Notes: generated from the letters alone by a model not told the origin. Positions 39,982 through 49,446 are shown, counted from the first letter of the stretch. The stretch: 64,000 nt of DNA from an uncultured Candidatus Saccharibacteria bacterium (GCA_964561085.1 CAZLNP010000002.1:75440-139439), one strand, 5' to 3'. Numbers and translations: made by a program.

Positions 39982-40590
39982 ATGGTCAAATTAACTATGA
40001 TAAAAAAGATCGCTTTAGTAATAGTTTTAGTCATTCTTGGATTCGGTTTATTGAATGCTCCTTTTTTATGGCAGCAAATTAAATTTACTTTTAGTAGTCC
40101 TGACTCTTCTGTAGAACAAGCTCCTGTAGGGGATGACCTGGGGTCTGAAGCCAAGGTTTCCCCGAATACTATTAATATTCCAAGTTTGGGTATTTCAGCG
40201 CCAATTGTAGAATCTGTAGAATCTAATGAAGATTCTTATCAAGAAGCGCTTCAGAATGGCGTTGTGCACTTCCCAGGCACCGCTGTGGCGGGGGAATTAG
40301 GTAATGCCTACTACTTTGGCCACTCGTCAGATTTTGCTTTTGCCAAGGGAAATTACAAGACTGTATTTGCTCTATTGCCACGAATTGAAATGGGCGCTGA
40401 GATTCGCATAAGTAATCCTGATGGACAAGAATTTAAATACACTGTAATCGATAAGAAAGTGGTGAGTAATAATGATGTTAGCGTGTTAGAGCAAGGGGAG
40501 CGTAAGGAAAAACTGCTTAGCTTGCAAACATCGTATCCGGTTGGAACTGCTTTGCAAAGATATGTTGTTGTTGCGAAGTTGGTTGAGTAA
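39982..40590 (+). CDS. Sortase family protein with Ser at the catalytic Cys position
   Basis: TM anchor, IPSLGI.API, L..GV.H, GN....GHSS, LSLQTSYP.GT..QR.VV.A. Confidence 0.88.
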   Translation: MVKLTMIKKIALVIVLVILGFGLLNAPFLWQQIKFTFSSPDSSVEQAPVGDDLGSEAKVSPNTINIPSLGISAPIVESVESNEDSYQEALQNGVVHFPGTAVAGELGNAYYFGHSSDFAFAKGNYKTVFALLPRIEMGAEIRISNPDGQEFKYTVIDKKVVSNNDVSVLEQGERKEKLLSLQTSYPVGTALQRYVVVAKLVE

Positions 40591-40597
40591 ATTAATA

Positions 40598-40626
40598 TTG
40601 ACAAGAAGAGCAAGAAAAGTTAATAT
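40598..40626 (+). promoter_or_regulatory. sigma70 promoter pointing toward the PemK 3' end
   Basis: TTGACA (40598-40603), 17 nt, TAATAT (40621-40626); no evident + strand gene follows. Confidence 0.65.
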
Positions 40627-40632
40627 AGGAGT

Positions 40633-40692
40633 ATAAAAGCACCTTCGGGCTCCGAGAAACCCGCTCTAAAATTAGAGCGGGTTTCGGCTTTA
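40633..40692 (+). ncRNA. Candidate ~60-nt small RNA convergent on PemK
   Basis: CC-TTCG-GG tetraloop hairpin, then CCGA, then the long hairpin GAAACCCGCTCT/AGAGCGGGTTTC (40656-40685). Confidence 0.5.
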
Positions 40693-41091
40693 TACACTGA
40701 GCATATTTTTTAACCTCTGAATGACGTGACTGAATTCTTTTTCTTTTAAAACATAAGATTTTCTGTAAAGTCTTTTAGTACTCAGTAATTTTAATTGTGC
40801 TAATACGGCTGCGACTTGATTGCTGTTGTTATCTACGTAATTGTAATAAAAGTCTAAACTCTTTTGCATAGATGTTAATGGTACAACCCATACCATGTTC
40901 CTATTAAATTTTTTTATAATTAGAACAGGTCTAAGAAAATCACTGCCTTTCCCATTTTGTTCATAGCCAATATTCTTACCGACTGAAGCTATCCAAACAT
41001 CCCTGATTTTCGGAAAGGACCTTGTCGGCTTACCGAAATGCATTTCTTGTTTTTTCTTATTCCAAATTTCGAAACTTTCTAATTCATTCAT
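40690..41091 (-). CDS. PemK/MazF-family endoribonuclease without an adjacent protein antitoxin
   Basis: DVW...G.NIG.EQ.G....RPVLI, VVPLTS, Q...S.KRL. Arg/Thr catalytic positions present. Confidence 0.88.
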   Translation of the reverse strand: MNELESFEIWNKKKQEMHFGKPTRSFPKIRDVWIASVGKNIGYEQNGKGSDFLRPVLIIKKFNRNMVWVVPLTSMQKSLDFYYNYVDNNSNQVAAVLAQLKLLSTKRLYRKSYVLKEKEFSHVIQRLKNMLSV

Positions 41092-41362
41092 TATTGAAAT
41101 TTAACATTAGTCAGATAAAATCTGCATAAAGATTTTATTTATTTGAAAAACCTCTTAAATAAGCCATTTTTTTGTTAGCAACAATAAATTTTCTTAAGTT
41201 TTCTTAGCAAACCCTTGACATGATCAGAAAAAACCTTGATTTTACAGGGGATTTTGTATAATATGAAGTCGTAATCAATTTTTCCATAAATCAATTAGGA
41301 AAAAACTTATTAATCAAATCCATGCGCTAAATTATTAGAGCTTAGGATTTAAGGATACAAAC

Positions 41363-41635
41363 ATGACTAAGTCAGAGACTTTAGTAGCCTTGGCAGAAAC
41401 AACTGGCAAGACAAAAAAAGAAGTAGTAGAAATGCTTGATGCAATCGTTGCATTGGCTTACAAAGAAACTAAGAAGTCCGGTGAATTCACACTTCCTGGT
41501 CTAGGTAAGTTGAAGAAGAAGCATCGTGATGCTCGCCAAGGACGCAACCCTGCAACTGGCGAAACTATTCAAATCGCTGCTAAGACAGTTATCAAGTTCA
41601 CAGTAGCTAAAGCTGCTAAGGACGCTATCCTATAA
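41363..41635 (+). CDS. hup: DNA-binding protein HU
   Basis: MTKSE, L.GLG, AR.GRNPATGE.I.I.AK. Confidence 0.95.
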   Translation: MTKSETLVALAETTGKTKKEVVEMLDAIVALAYKETKKSGEFTLPGLGKLKKKHRDARQGRNPATGETIQIAAKTVIKFTVAKAAKDAIL

Positions 41636-41656
41636 TCCTGAATTAGAAGATAAAAT

Positions 41657-41681
41657 AAAGCCCCGCTAATGCGGGGCTTTT
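41657..41681. terminator. Bidirectional terminator
   Basis: AAAGCCCCGC-TAAT-GCGGGGCTTT. Confidence 0.85.
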
Positions 41682-41708
41682 AAATTGATTAGTTTTGTAG
41701 ATTGCTGC

Positions 41709-42155
41709 TTAGTTAAGTTTAGGAGCACCAGCCTCAGCAGGAGTTTCTGCGGTCACTGTAGGGTTGGCGAGGATATCATTTACTTTCTTGAGAATCTCTT
41801 CAGTGGTGAAATAAGCTTTTACTAAGTAAGCTTGAACTTTAAGCGCTTTTGTTTTTAAAATATCTTTATTACTCCAAAGGTTAGATAGGACGATAATTGG
41901 AGTAGAAGCAATTTGCTTATCTTCGTGGGAACGAATTTTTTCTAGGACTTGAAAGCCATCAACTTCAGGAAGCATCAGGTCTAATAGAACTAAGTCAGGA
42001 CGTTCGGAAATGATTAAATCAATGCCTTGTTGGCCATCGGCAGCTTCTTTCACGATGAATCCATTAGCGGCTAGTTTGTGAACAACAATATCGCGCATGG
42101 CGATGTTGTCTTCTACCATTAAGATTTTCTTTTGTTTCTCTGGAGCTTCAGTCAT
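41709..42155 (-). CDS. Single-domain response regulator
   Basis: VED, LLDLMLP, LSN, YLVKA; no output domain. Confidence 0.93.
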   Translation of the reverse strand: MTEAPEKQKKILMVEDNIAMRDIVVHKLAANGFIVKEAADGQQGIDLIISERPDLVLLDLMLPEVDGFQVLEKIRSHEDKQIASTPIIVLSNLWSNKDILKTKALKVQAYLVKAYFTTEEILKKVNDILANPTVTAETPAEAGAPKLN

Positions 42156-42341
42156 TTTTTTGACTAATTTATTACTTAATCATTATAACATGATTTTGTG
42201 GATATCTTTTATTCTACTGTTGACTAGGCCAAAAAATTGTTGCTTTCCATTAAAATTTTAACTATAATTGATGAGTATGAATTGCAGGCAGAAACAAAAA
42301 TAAACACTAATTTTGATAATCTTAAACCTAAGCCTTAAAGT

Positions 42342-43253
42342 ATGAACTGGTTTTTAATTGCTTTAATCAATCCGATACTACTTTCCGCAGTCAATCATTT
42401 TGATAAGTTTTTACTTTCTAAATACATTAAGGGTGGCACAGTAGGGGCGTTGATTCTATTTTCAGCGCTCTTTGCTTTTATAGCTCTTCCGATTATTTTT
42501 CTAATTAGCCCTAATGTACTAAGCTCTGTAAGCCTCCTTCAAGGATTAGCGTTGATGGGAAATGGTGGTTTGTTAACCTTGGCCATTTTGCTTTATTTGT
42601 ATGCGATGGATAGCGACGAAGCTTCTTACGTAGTACCTTTTTTCGAACTAATCCCTGTGTTCGGGTTCTTGCTAGGGTTCGCTATTCTGGGTGAAGTGCT
42701 TACTATGAACCAGTTTATTGCCTCTATTACAATTATCTTGGGAAGTTTGATAATTTCTATTGATGTTAAAACTGAGCGGTACCATCTTAAAAAGAAGTTA
42801 ATTCTTTTAATGGTTGGCTCATCATTCTTTTATGCAATCAATGCCGTTATATTTAAATCCATAGCCAGCTCTCAAGGATTTGTAGATTCTTTGTTTTGGG
42901 ACATGCTTGGGAAATTTTTACTGGGGGTTATACTTTTCTTTGTAGTTAAATCTTACAGAACTCAATTCATCTCCTTAGTGAAAAGCAATGGGCGCAAAAT
43001 AATGAGTTTGAATGTACTTAACGAAATAATGGGAATCGCGGGAGAGATATCTTTGATATTTGCTGTTTTGCTTGCCCCTGTAGCATTAGTACAATCTGTG
43101 GGTAGCATCCAGTCTCCATTAGTGTTCCTTTTTGGAATTATATTAACTTTATTTTTCCCACACTTGGGTGAAGAGTCATTGGAAAGAAAGGTTTTAATCC
43201 AAAAAATACTTGGAATTGGCGTAATAAGTTTAGGAATTTATTTCTTAAAGTAA
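42342..43253 (+). CDS. EamA/DMT-family membrane transporter
   Basis: About 10 TMs in two repeats; ILGEVL and GEE motifs. Confidence 0.8.
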   Translation: MNWFLIALINPILLSAVNHFDKFLLSKYIKGGTVGALILFSALFAFIALPIIFLISPNVLSSVSLLQGLALMGNGGLLTLAILLYLYAMDSDEASYVVPFFELIPVFGFLLGFAILGEVLTMNQFIASITIILGSLIISIDVKTERYHLKKKLILLMVGSSFFYAINAVIFKSIASSQGFVDSLFWDMLGKFLLGVILFFVVKSYRTQFISLVKSNGRKIMSLNVLNEIMGIAGEISLIFAVLLAPVALVQSVGSIQSPLVFLFGIILTLFFPHLGEESLERKVLIQKILGIGVISLGIYFLK

Positions 43254-43263
43254 ATTTTTATCT

Positions 43264-44172
43264 ATGATTCCTAAATTTCCACAGTTCAAGAGTATTCAAA
43301 TTTCTGATCGATCTGACATAGAAAAAATAGCTAACAAGTATGATCCATATTCAGAGTATGATTTCGCTAGTCTTTGGAGTTGGGATGTTAGTCAGCAGCA
43401 CAAGATATCTGAGTTGAACGGGAATATAGTTTTAATTCTAAGCGATCATTTTAGCGAAGAGTTGTTCTATACATTCTTGGGCAATAATATGCTCAGTCAG
43501 ACTTTAAAACAAATTTTTGCATTTCCAATAGAAGGTAGTAGTAATGGGCCTATTCTTAAATTAGTCCCTGAAGTATCTCTAAGTGGGATAGATTTAAGTA
43601 AGATAATTATTGAAATTGATCTTGATAATTATGACTATATATTTGATTTAAAGGAGCACTCAGTCTTTGAAGGTTCTAAGTATGGGACGAAAAGGAAATC
43701 GGCAAACAGATTTCATAGAAACAATCCAGAAAGCGTCGTAGAGGTATTAGATTTGAAATTAGATTCAAGTAAGCAACGAATACTTGAGCTATCAAAAAAA
43801 TGGATTGATAGTAAATCCACCCATGACTACGGTGTAAATTTAGAGAAAGAGTTTAAAGCGCTAAACAGATTTTTAGATGCTGAGTTCGAGCATGCCTTAT
43901 GCGTGGGGATTTCTATCGGGAAAAAACTCATTGCGTATGAGATTTTCACTTTGGGGAATAATGGATATTCGATAAGTCATTTTTCCAAGATAGACAGTAA
44001 TTATAGCGGTGTGTATGAATATTTAGTAAACCAAAGTGCTATAATACTTTTAGAAAAGGGGATAAATTTCCTTAACGCAGAAGAAGATATGGGTTTGCCA
44101 GCTCTTAGGTATTCAAAAAATTCTTACAGGCCAACTTCATTTTTGAGAAAATATACACTTAGAGAGTTATAA
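43264..44172 (+). CDS. DUF2156 / LPG-synthase-C-like (aminoacyl-tRNA-dependent transferase fold), soluble
   Basis: P.F..I..SD, Y..YS...F.SLW.W, DYIF....L.G.KY..KR...NRF, HF.K....Y.G.Y, N.EEDMGLP.LR..K..Y.P. Confidence 0.82.
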   Translation: MIPKFPQFKSIQISDRSDIEKIANKYDPYSEYDFASLWSWDVSQQHKISELNGNIVLILSDHFSEELFYTFLGNNMLSQTLKQIFAFPIEGSSNGPILKLVPEVSLSGIDLSKIIIEIDLDNYDYIFDLKEHSVFEGSKYGTKRKSANRFHRNNPESVVEVLDLKLDSSKQRILELSKKWIDSKSTHDYGVNLEKEFKALNRFLDAEFEHALCVGISIGKKLIAYEIFTLGNNGYSISHFSKIDSNYSGVYEYLVNQSAIILLEKGINFLNAEEDMGLPALRYSKNSYRPTSFLRKYTLREL

Positions 44173-44207
44173 CTTATGTTATAATGTATATAAATAATAA
44201 GAGATAA

Positions 44208-45041
44208 ATGTTTAATTACTATTACGAGCAATTCAAGCAAAATAAGCCATTCAAATTGATAGTTTTGGTTTTCGTCGCCCTAACAATTTGGTGGGTTAGT
44301 ATTTTTGTAAGAGGCTTGACTGAGGGTATTGAGAATGATGCCTTCACGATTATCTATCCAGTACTAGCTCTGATGGGTGGCATTATGGGGTGGATTTTTT
44401 CACGAAAGTGGGGCGGATTCAAAAGCACTTTAGGAAAATCAATAGGAATGTTCTCCCTTGGTTTATTGGCTCAATTTTTAGGACAAGTATTATATAATTA
44501 CTATATTTTTGTTCTAGGAATAGATGAGCCATATCCATCTATTGGTGATGTGAGCTATTTCGCTAGTGTTATATTCTATATATTCGGTGTCTGGTACTTA
44601 GCGAAAGTCAGCGGAGTCAAGAGTTCTGTTAAATCGTTTAATGGAAAGTTAAAAGCAGTAGCAATCCCTGTAATTATTCTGTTATCCTCTTATCTGCTAT
44701 TGCTTAAGGACTATGAGTTAGACTTCTCCGATAAGACTTTGTTATTTTTAGATTTCGGATTCCCTATAGGACAAGCGATTTTTGTATCAATAGCATTTAT
44801 GGCGCTCTTTATATCTAAGGATATTTTGGGTGGGATGATGAGGAAGCCAATAATGTTGTTAATCATCGCATTAATTTTCCAATATGTAGCAGACTTTGCA
44901 TTCTCGTATCAGTTTAGTGTAAATCCCGAGTCTACATATGTTGGTGACTTCTTAGACTATTTATATTGCGCCTCATATTTCTTTATGGCTATCTCACTCT
45001 TCTCCATAGGCAATATGTTTTATAAGGTTCAGGAATCATAA
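44208..45041 (+). CDS. Stand-alone polytopic membrane sensor-like protein (MASE/7TM-like)
   Basis: About 7-8 TMs; PYPSIGD..Y, DFGFPIGQ, YVADF motifs resembling membrane sensor N-termini; no cytoplasmic output domain. Confidence 0.65.
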   Translation: MFNYYYEQFKQNKPFKLIVLVFVALTIWWVSIFVRGLTEGIENDAFTIIYPVLALMGGIMGWIFSRKWGGFKSTLGKSIGMFSLGLLAQFLGQVLYNYYIFVLGIDEPYPSIGDVSYFASVIFYIFGVWYLAKVSGVKSSVKSFNGKLKAVAIPVIILLSSYLLLLKDYELDFSDKTLLFLDFGFPIGQAIFVSIAFMALFISKDILGGMMRKPIMLLIIALIFQYVADFAFSYQFSVNPESTYVGDFLDYLYCASYFFMAISLFSIGNMFYKVQES

Positions 45042-45045
45042 ATAT

Positions 45046-45351
45046 ATGACAGAAACACTTCAACAAGAACTATCTATCTTTGATCAAATCTCCATCCGTA
45101 TCATTAAGGAACAGGAGCTTGTTATTGGTCCGGTGGCTTGGGAAGAAGCAAAAAAGGTTTCTGGTTTCCATGTGGTTGATAAAGATAAAGGCGAAGTCAC
45201 CTTCGACGGTGACCCTAAAGAAGTACTAAACAGATTAGTAGCTCAGTACTCTCGTTTGTTTGGTCAGGTATCAAAAGAAGTTTGTAAAGAAGCAGTTCAA
45301 GATTTGATTGCGGAATTACCACAGACCGATGTCCCAGATAGCTTAAAATAA
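45046..45351 (+). CDS. Small cytoplasmic protein, putative signalling adaptor
   Basis: IIKEQELVIGP.A...A..V.G, L..LV.QY..LFG..S..VCKEA; located between sensor and kinase. Confidence 0.7.
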   Translation: MTETLQQELSIFDQISIRIIKEQELVIGPVAWEEAKKVSGFHVVDKDKGEVTFDGDPKEVLNRLVAQYSRLFGQVSKEVCKEAVQDLIAELPQTDVPDSLK

Positions 45352-45388
45352 AATTTTTCCTAGTTACGCTAGTAAATAGAAACAAAAA

Positions 45389-46807
45389 ATGCCTACAGAA
45401 GATGGCAAAGGCCCAGATTTACAGTCGCTCAATGAGCAATTGTACAAGCATAGTTTAGAGCTGGCCGTTGTTAATAAAACGCTTTCGCTTTTGCGAAAGC
45501 TTTATCAGATTAGCTTGCTTTCTCTTGAGCCAGCTACTCTATCCGAAAAAGTTTCCGAAACCGTGCGGGTGGATTTAAACATGGAAGTTGTCGGCGTTTT
45601 TTTATTAGAAGAGGATACCAATAGCTTAATTCCATTTAAATTTTCAAAGTCGAAACGATTCGAAGAAAGCGCTAAAGCAGAAAAACTAGATGTAGATGCC
45701 TATAAGCTTTCAGTAGATGCTAAGAACTTGGTTTTAAATAGAGTTATTGAAGGAAAAGAGTCTGGCGTTATTGCTAATCTGGAAGATATTTGGATGGATC
45801 ATGTCACTTTAAAGCAGATGAATGCAGTCAAGGAAAGCTCTAACTTAAAGACTGTTTTACTCTATCCACTTGTGATGCAAGACAAAGTAATTGGAATGTT
45901 ATTACTGGCTTTAAACCGCGAGTACGAAATTCTAAGCGATCATGAGAAAGAATCAATTAATAGTTTCATCGACGTAGTAGCCGTTGCTTTGGATAAAGCT
46001 TTGTTGTACGAAAAATTGCGCGTAGCTAATGAGCAATTGCAAATTCTGGACAAAGCGCGTGCGGAATTCCTTTCTATCGCTAGTCATCAGCTGCGCACTC
46101 CTCCAGCAACCATAAAATGGTATTTGGGGGCAGTCCTGGATGGGGATTTTGGAGCGCTCTCAGAGGACCTAAAAGCCGCTCTACAGCGCACAAATGTCAC
46201 AAATGATGCTCAGATTGCCACAATCGATGACTTGCTCAATGCGTCCCGTATTGAGCGAGGCAAGCTTGAATTCTTCTTTGAGGAAAATCCTTTGGAACCA
46301 GTGGTTTCTGTTTTGGTTGAACAAATGCAACCTTTGGCTCAAATGAAGAAAATGACCATTGAATATGTGAAACCAAGCCAGGTTCTTCCAAATATTTTGA
46401 TGGATAAAGAAAAGGTCCGCCAGGTTATCAACAACATGATTGATAACGCCATAAAGTATTCTAATGATGGCGTCATCGGTGTCAGTTTAAAATTAGAAGG
46501 GGAGAGCTTAGTCGTAAGAGTGAAAGATACTGGTAAAGGAATTTCTCCAGAAGAGATTAACTCCATTTTTGATAAGTATGCCCGTGGTCACGATTCAGTT
46601 ACTCATGCTACCGGACTCGGATTGGGGATGTATGTAGCAAAAGTAATTGTAGAACAGCATAATGGTAAGATCTGGGCGGAGAGTGAAGGGGTTGGCAAAG
46701 GTTCTACTTTTGCGTTTAGCTTGCCACTTCACAGCGATTTGCGCCCGACTACAGTTGACTTAGCTGAAGATATGGCTAAGCGTGCGGCTGTTATTGCATC
46801 AAAATAA
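45389..46807 (+). CDS. Cytoplasmic GAF-domain histidine kinase
   Basis: GAF; FLSIASHQLRTP H-box; NMIDNAIKY, DTGKGI, GLGLG, GKGSTF; no TM. Confidence 0.93.
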   Translation: MPTEDGKGPDLQSLNEQLYKHSLELAVVNKTLSLLRKLYQISLLSLEPATLSEKVSETVRVDLNMEVVGVFLLEEDTNSLIPFKFSKSKRFEESAKAEKLDVDAYKLSVDAKNLVLNRVIEGKESGVIANLEDIWMDHVTLKQMNAVKESSNLKTVLLYPLVMQDKVIGMLLLALNREYEILSDHEKESINSFIDVVAVALDKALLYEKLRVANEQLQILDKARAEFLSIASHQLRTPPATIKWYLGAVLDGDFGALSEDLKAALQRTNVTNDAQIATIDDLLNASRIERGKLEFFFEENPLEPVVSVLVEQMQPLAQMKKMTIEYVKPSQVLPNILMDKEKVRQVINNMIDNAIKYSNDGVIGVSLKLEGESLVVRVKDTGKGISPEEINSIFDKYARGHDSVTHATGLGLGMYVAKVIVEQHNGKIWAESEGVGKGSTFAFSLPLHSDLRPTTVDLAEDMAKRAAVIASK

Positions 46808-46825
46808 ATATGATATAATGTATAT

Positions 46826-46942
46826 ATGAATCCTGCTTTCAAAAATAGGTTTCAGAATAGTGACAATTTATATACTTTGGGCTCACAGAGTCGAAATTGC
46901 GGTTTCTTTTTCGCCCAAATCAATTCAACACTTAGTGTGTAA
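46826..46942 (+). CDS. Possible 38-aa leader peptide
   Basis: TGaTATAAT immediately upstream; MNPAFKNRFQ...CGFFFAQINSTLSV*; stop abuts a terminator. Confidence 0.3.
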   Translation: MNPAFKNRFQNSDNLYTLGSQSRNCGFFFAQINSTLSV

Positions 46943-46963
46943 GAGGCTTTTTAGCCTCTTTTT
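46941..46963 (+). terminator. Intrinsic terminator or attenuator
   Basis: AAGAGGCT-TTTT-AGCCTCTT plus T tail. Confidence 0.65.
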
Positions 46964-47048
46964 ATTATTCGTAATTCCGGCCAGGTCGATACCGGAACCA
47001 AACTAAATTAGGCTCAAGCAAAAAAGCTAAAGCCTTGAAAGGTATACT

Positions 47049-47747
47049 ATGATCAGTGATTATTACAGCGACTATCCAGACGTTGTACAAAATTCCATTA
47101 CCAATCTTTATGATCAGGTAATTCAGTACTTGCCTAATATTATTGCAGCTCTAATTGTGTTGTTAATAGGTTGGGCATTAGGATTGTTTTTAGGAAATAT
47201 AGTTAAGCGCGGACTGCAAGCCATCGGAATTGATGGCCTGGGAGATCAGCTTGGGTTAAAGCGACTTTCAGAACGTAGTGGCCGTACTATTCGTATTTCT
47301 GCAATAGTTCAGTGGATAATTAAATGGTTCTTTATCTTGGCTAGCATTATTGCTGCCGCTGATATCTTGGGCCTTAACACAGTTAGTAACTTCTTCTACT
47401 CCGATGTCCTTGGCTATGCAGGGCACGTAGTAATTGCCATGGCAATTTTGTTAATTGGTTTACTAGCTGCTAACTTCCTAAGTGATGTCGTAGAAGGCAC
47501 TGTTCGTGCTGGTGGTTTTGAAACTGCACGCTTACTAGGATCAATTACTCGTTGGGCAATTACTGTATTCGCGATTATTGCAGCTCTTTCTGAGCTACAG
47601 ATTGCTGCGGATTTCCTTAATTACCTATTCATTGGTGTAGTAGTGATGCTTGCTCTTGCCGGTGGTTTGGCTTTCGGCCTAGGTGGTCGCGACCATGCAC
47701 GTAAAGTTTTAGATAGCATCGAAAATGGAATCAAAAAGCGTTCTTAG
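47049..47747 (+). CDS. TM-helix-repeat / MscS-like small membrane protein
   Basis: YLPNIIAALIVLLIG, AADILGL, LA.GLAFGLGGRD. Confidence 0.85.
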   Translation: MISDYYSDYPDVVQNSITNLYDQVIQYLPNIIAALIVLLIGWALGLFLGNIVKRGLQAIGIDGLGDQLGLKRLSERSGRTIRISAIVQWIIKWFFILASIIAAADILGLNTVSNFFYSDVLGYAGHVVIAMAILLIGLLAANFLSDVVEGTVRAGGFETARLLGSITRWAITVFAIIAALSELQIAADFLNYLFIGVVVMLALAGGLAFGLGGRDHARKVLDSIENGIKKRS

Positions 47748-47758
47748 TTAAAATATTT

Positions 47759-47792
47759 AAAAACCTCGTAGGAAAATCCTGCGAGGTTTTTT
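47759..47792 (+). terminator. Intrinsic terminator
   Basis: AAAAACCTCGTAGGA-AAA-TCCTGCGAGGTTTTT. Confidence 0.8.
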
Positions 47793-47820
47793 ATTTCGGG
47801 TCAAATGCTATAATAAGAAC

Positions 47821-48657
47821 ATGATAAAAAAATCGATTAGTATATTGTTTTTATTAGTATTTATTGGTGGTTCTATTGGTATCTGGAGCGCTTATAAAGC
47901 ATACAACAACCGCAAAATTGAACGTCAGGCTCGCTTAGTTCAGCAGGTAGAGGAAACTAAGGCTACTGTGATTGAGGGCTGGGATGTAGATCAAATTGCT
48001 GAATATTACGAGAAGCAAGACCTATTTTCCCAAAAAGATTTTATTAAGGCTACTCAGGAGTTTGATAGTAGTGCCTATCCATTAATTACTCGCCCAAATT
48101 CTAAATCTTTAGAGGGATATCTATTTCCTGATACCTATAGGTTTACAAAAAATTCTACTCCAGAGGAAGTGATTACTAAAATGCTTGAGAACTTTTCTGC
48201 TAGAGTAGCGACTTTAGGAATTGAAGATCCAACAGAAAAGCACAACGGTTTGTCACTATATGAAATTATTATATTGGCTTCTATAATCGAAAAGGAGAGT
48301 GGGGGAGAAGGCGCAACCACTGGCGAACTTTCATTGCAAGATGAGCGCAATTTAGTGGCGAGCGTTTTCTATAATCGCATGGCAATCGGCCAAGGCTTAG
48401 AGAGTGATGCAACCGTAAACTACGTTACTGGCAAATCTACTCCAGGAGTTAGTTTAAAAGATTTAGAAGTTGATTCACCGTACAATACCTATAAATATGC
48501 TGGACTTCCACCAGGGCCAATTTGTAATCCATCACTTGGAAGTATTAAGGCAGCGCTTCAACCAGCTAAGAGTGACTACTTTTACTTCCTTCATAAGCAA
48601 CCTTCTGGGCAGGTAGATTTTAGTCGTACTTTCCAAGAGCACGTCAGTAAGAAGTAA
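47821..48657 (+). CDS. mltG: Endolytic transglycosylase MltG
   Basis: EGYLFPDTY, LASIIEKE, L.SDAT..Y, SPYNTY...GLPPGPI.NP. Confidence 0.95.
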   Translation: MIKKSISILFLLVFIGGSIGIWSAYKAYNNRKIERQARLVQQVEETKATVIEGWDVDQIAEYYEKQDLFSQKDFIKATQEFDSSAYPLITRPNSKSLEGYLFPDTYRFTKNSTPEEVITKMLENFSARVATLGIEDPTEKHNGLSLYEIIILASIIEKESGGEGATTGELSLQDERNLVASVFYNRMAIGQGLESDATVNYVTGKSTPGVSLKDLEVDSPYNTYKYAGLPPGPICNPSLGSIKAALQPAKSDYFYFLHKQPSGQVDFSRTFQEHVSKK

Positions 48658-48757
48658 AATACGCTTATATAAGCCAATTTTAGCTTCACTTTATCATCAT
48701 AAGTCTCTCATAGTATTAGTATGAAGATTTAAGGTAGAATTAAGTAAAGGAGCAAAT

Positions 48758-49432
48758 ATGGTTATTTTACTAATTGAAGATGAGAAAAAGCAATCAGAGT
48801 TTATACAACGAGCTTTAGAACAAGACTACTACAAAGTAGATGCTCTATTTGATGGTAAAGAGGCAATGGATCGCATTGAGGTGCGAGACTATGATTTAAT
48901 TATTGTCGATTTGCAGTTGCCTCAAGTCAGCGGTGTAGACATAGTGAAGCGGATTCGCGAGTTAAAATTAAAAACTCCGGTTTTGGTTCTGACTGCTAAT
49001 GACGATACATCAATGAAGGTTGCAAACTTAGATAATGGCGCTGATGATTATTTAACCAAGCCATTTGCTTTAGATGAATTACTGGCTCGCGTTCGAGCAT
49101 TGCTTCGTCGCGAAGCTACTCCAATCCCTCAAACCTTCAAACAAGGAAATTTGGAATTAATGTACGCTACTCATGAAGTCAAAGTTGATGGTTCTCCCGT
49201 TAAACTAACTAAGAATGAATTCCGCCTACTAGATTTCTTAAGCCGTAAACCTGATCGTGTTTGTACTCGTGCCATGATTGAGGAACACGTTTGGGGGTAC
49301 AATACAGATAATCAAAGCAATGTTATTGAAGCGTCGATATATAACCTTCGTCGCAAATTGGGACCTAAAAATAAAGGATTAATTCAGACTGTTCAGAATA
49401 TCGGTTATCGGTTTAAAGCAGCTACAGCTTAG
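48758..49432 (+). CDS. OmpR/PhoB-family response regulator
   Basis: IEDE, GADDYLTKPF, winged HTH with LRRKL and I.TV..IGY. Confidence 0.95.
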   Translation: MVILLIEDEKKQSEFIQRALEQDYYKVDALFDGKEAMDRIEVRDYDLIIVDLQLPQVSGVDIVKRIRELKLKTPVLVLTANDDTSMKVANLDNGADDYLTKPFALDELLARVRALLRREATPIPQTFKQGNLELMYATHEVKVDGSPVKLTKNEFRLLDFLSRKPDRVCTRAMIEEHVWGYNTDNQSNVIEASIYNLRRKLGPKNKGLIQTVQNIGYRFKAATA

Positions 49433-49446
49433 TTTAAATTTATACA

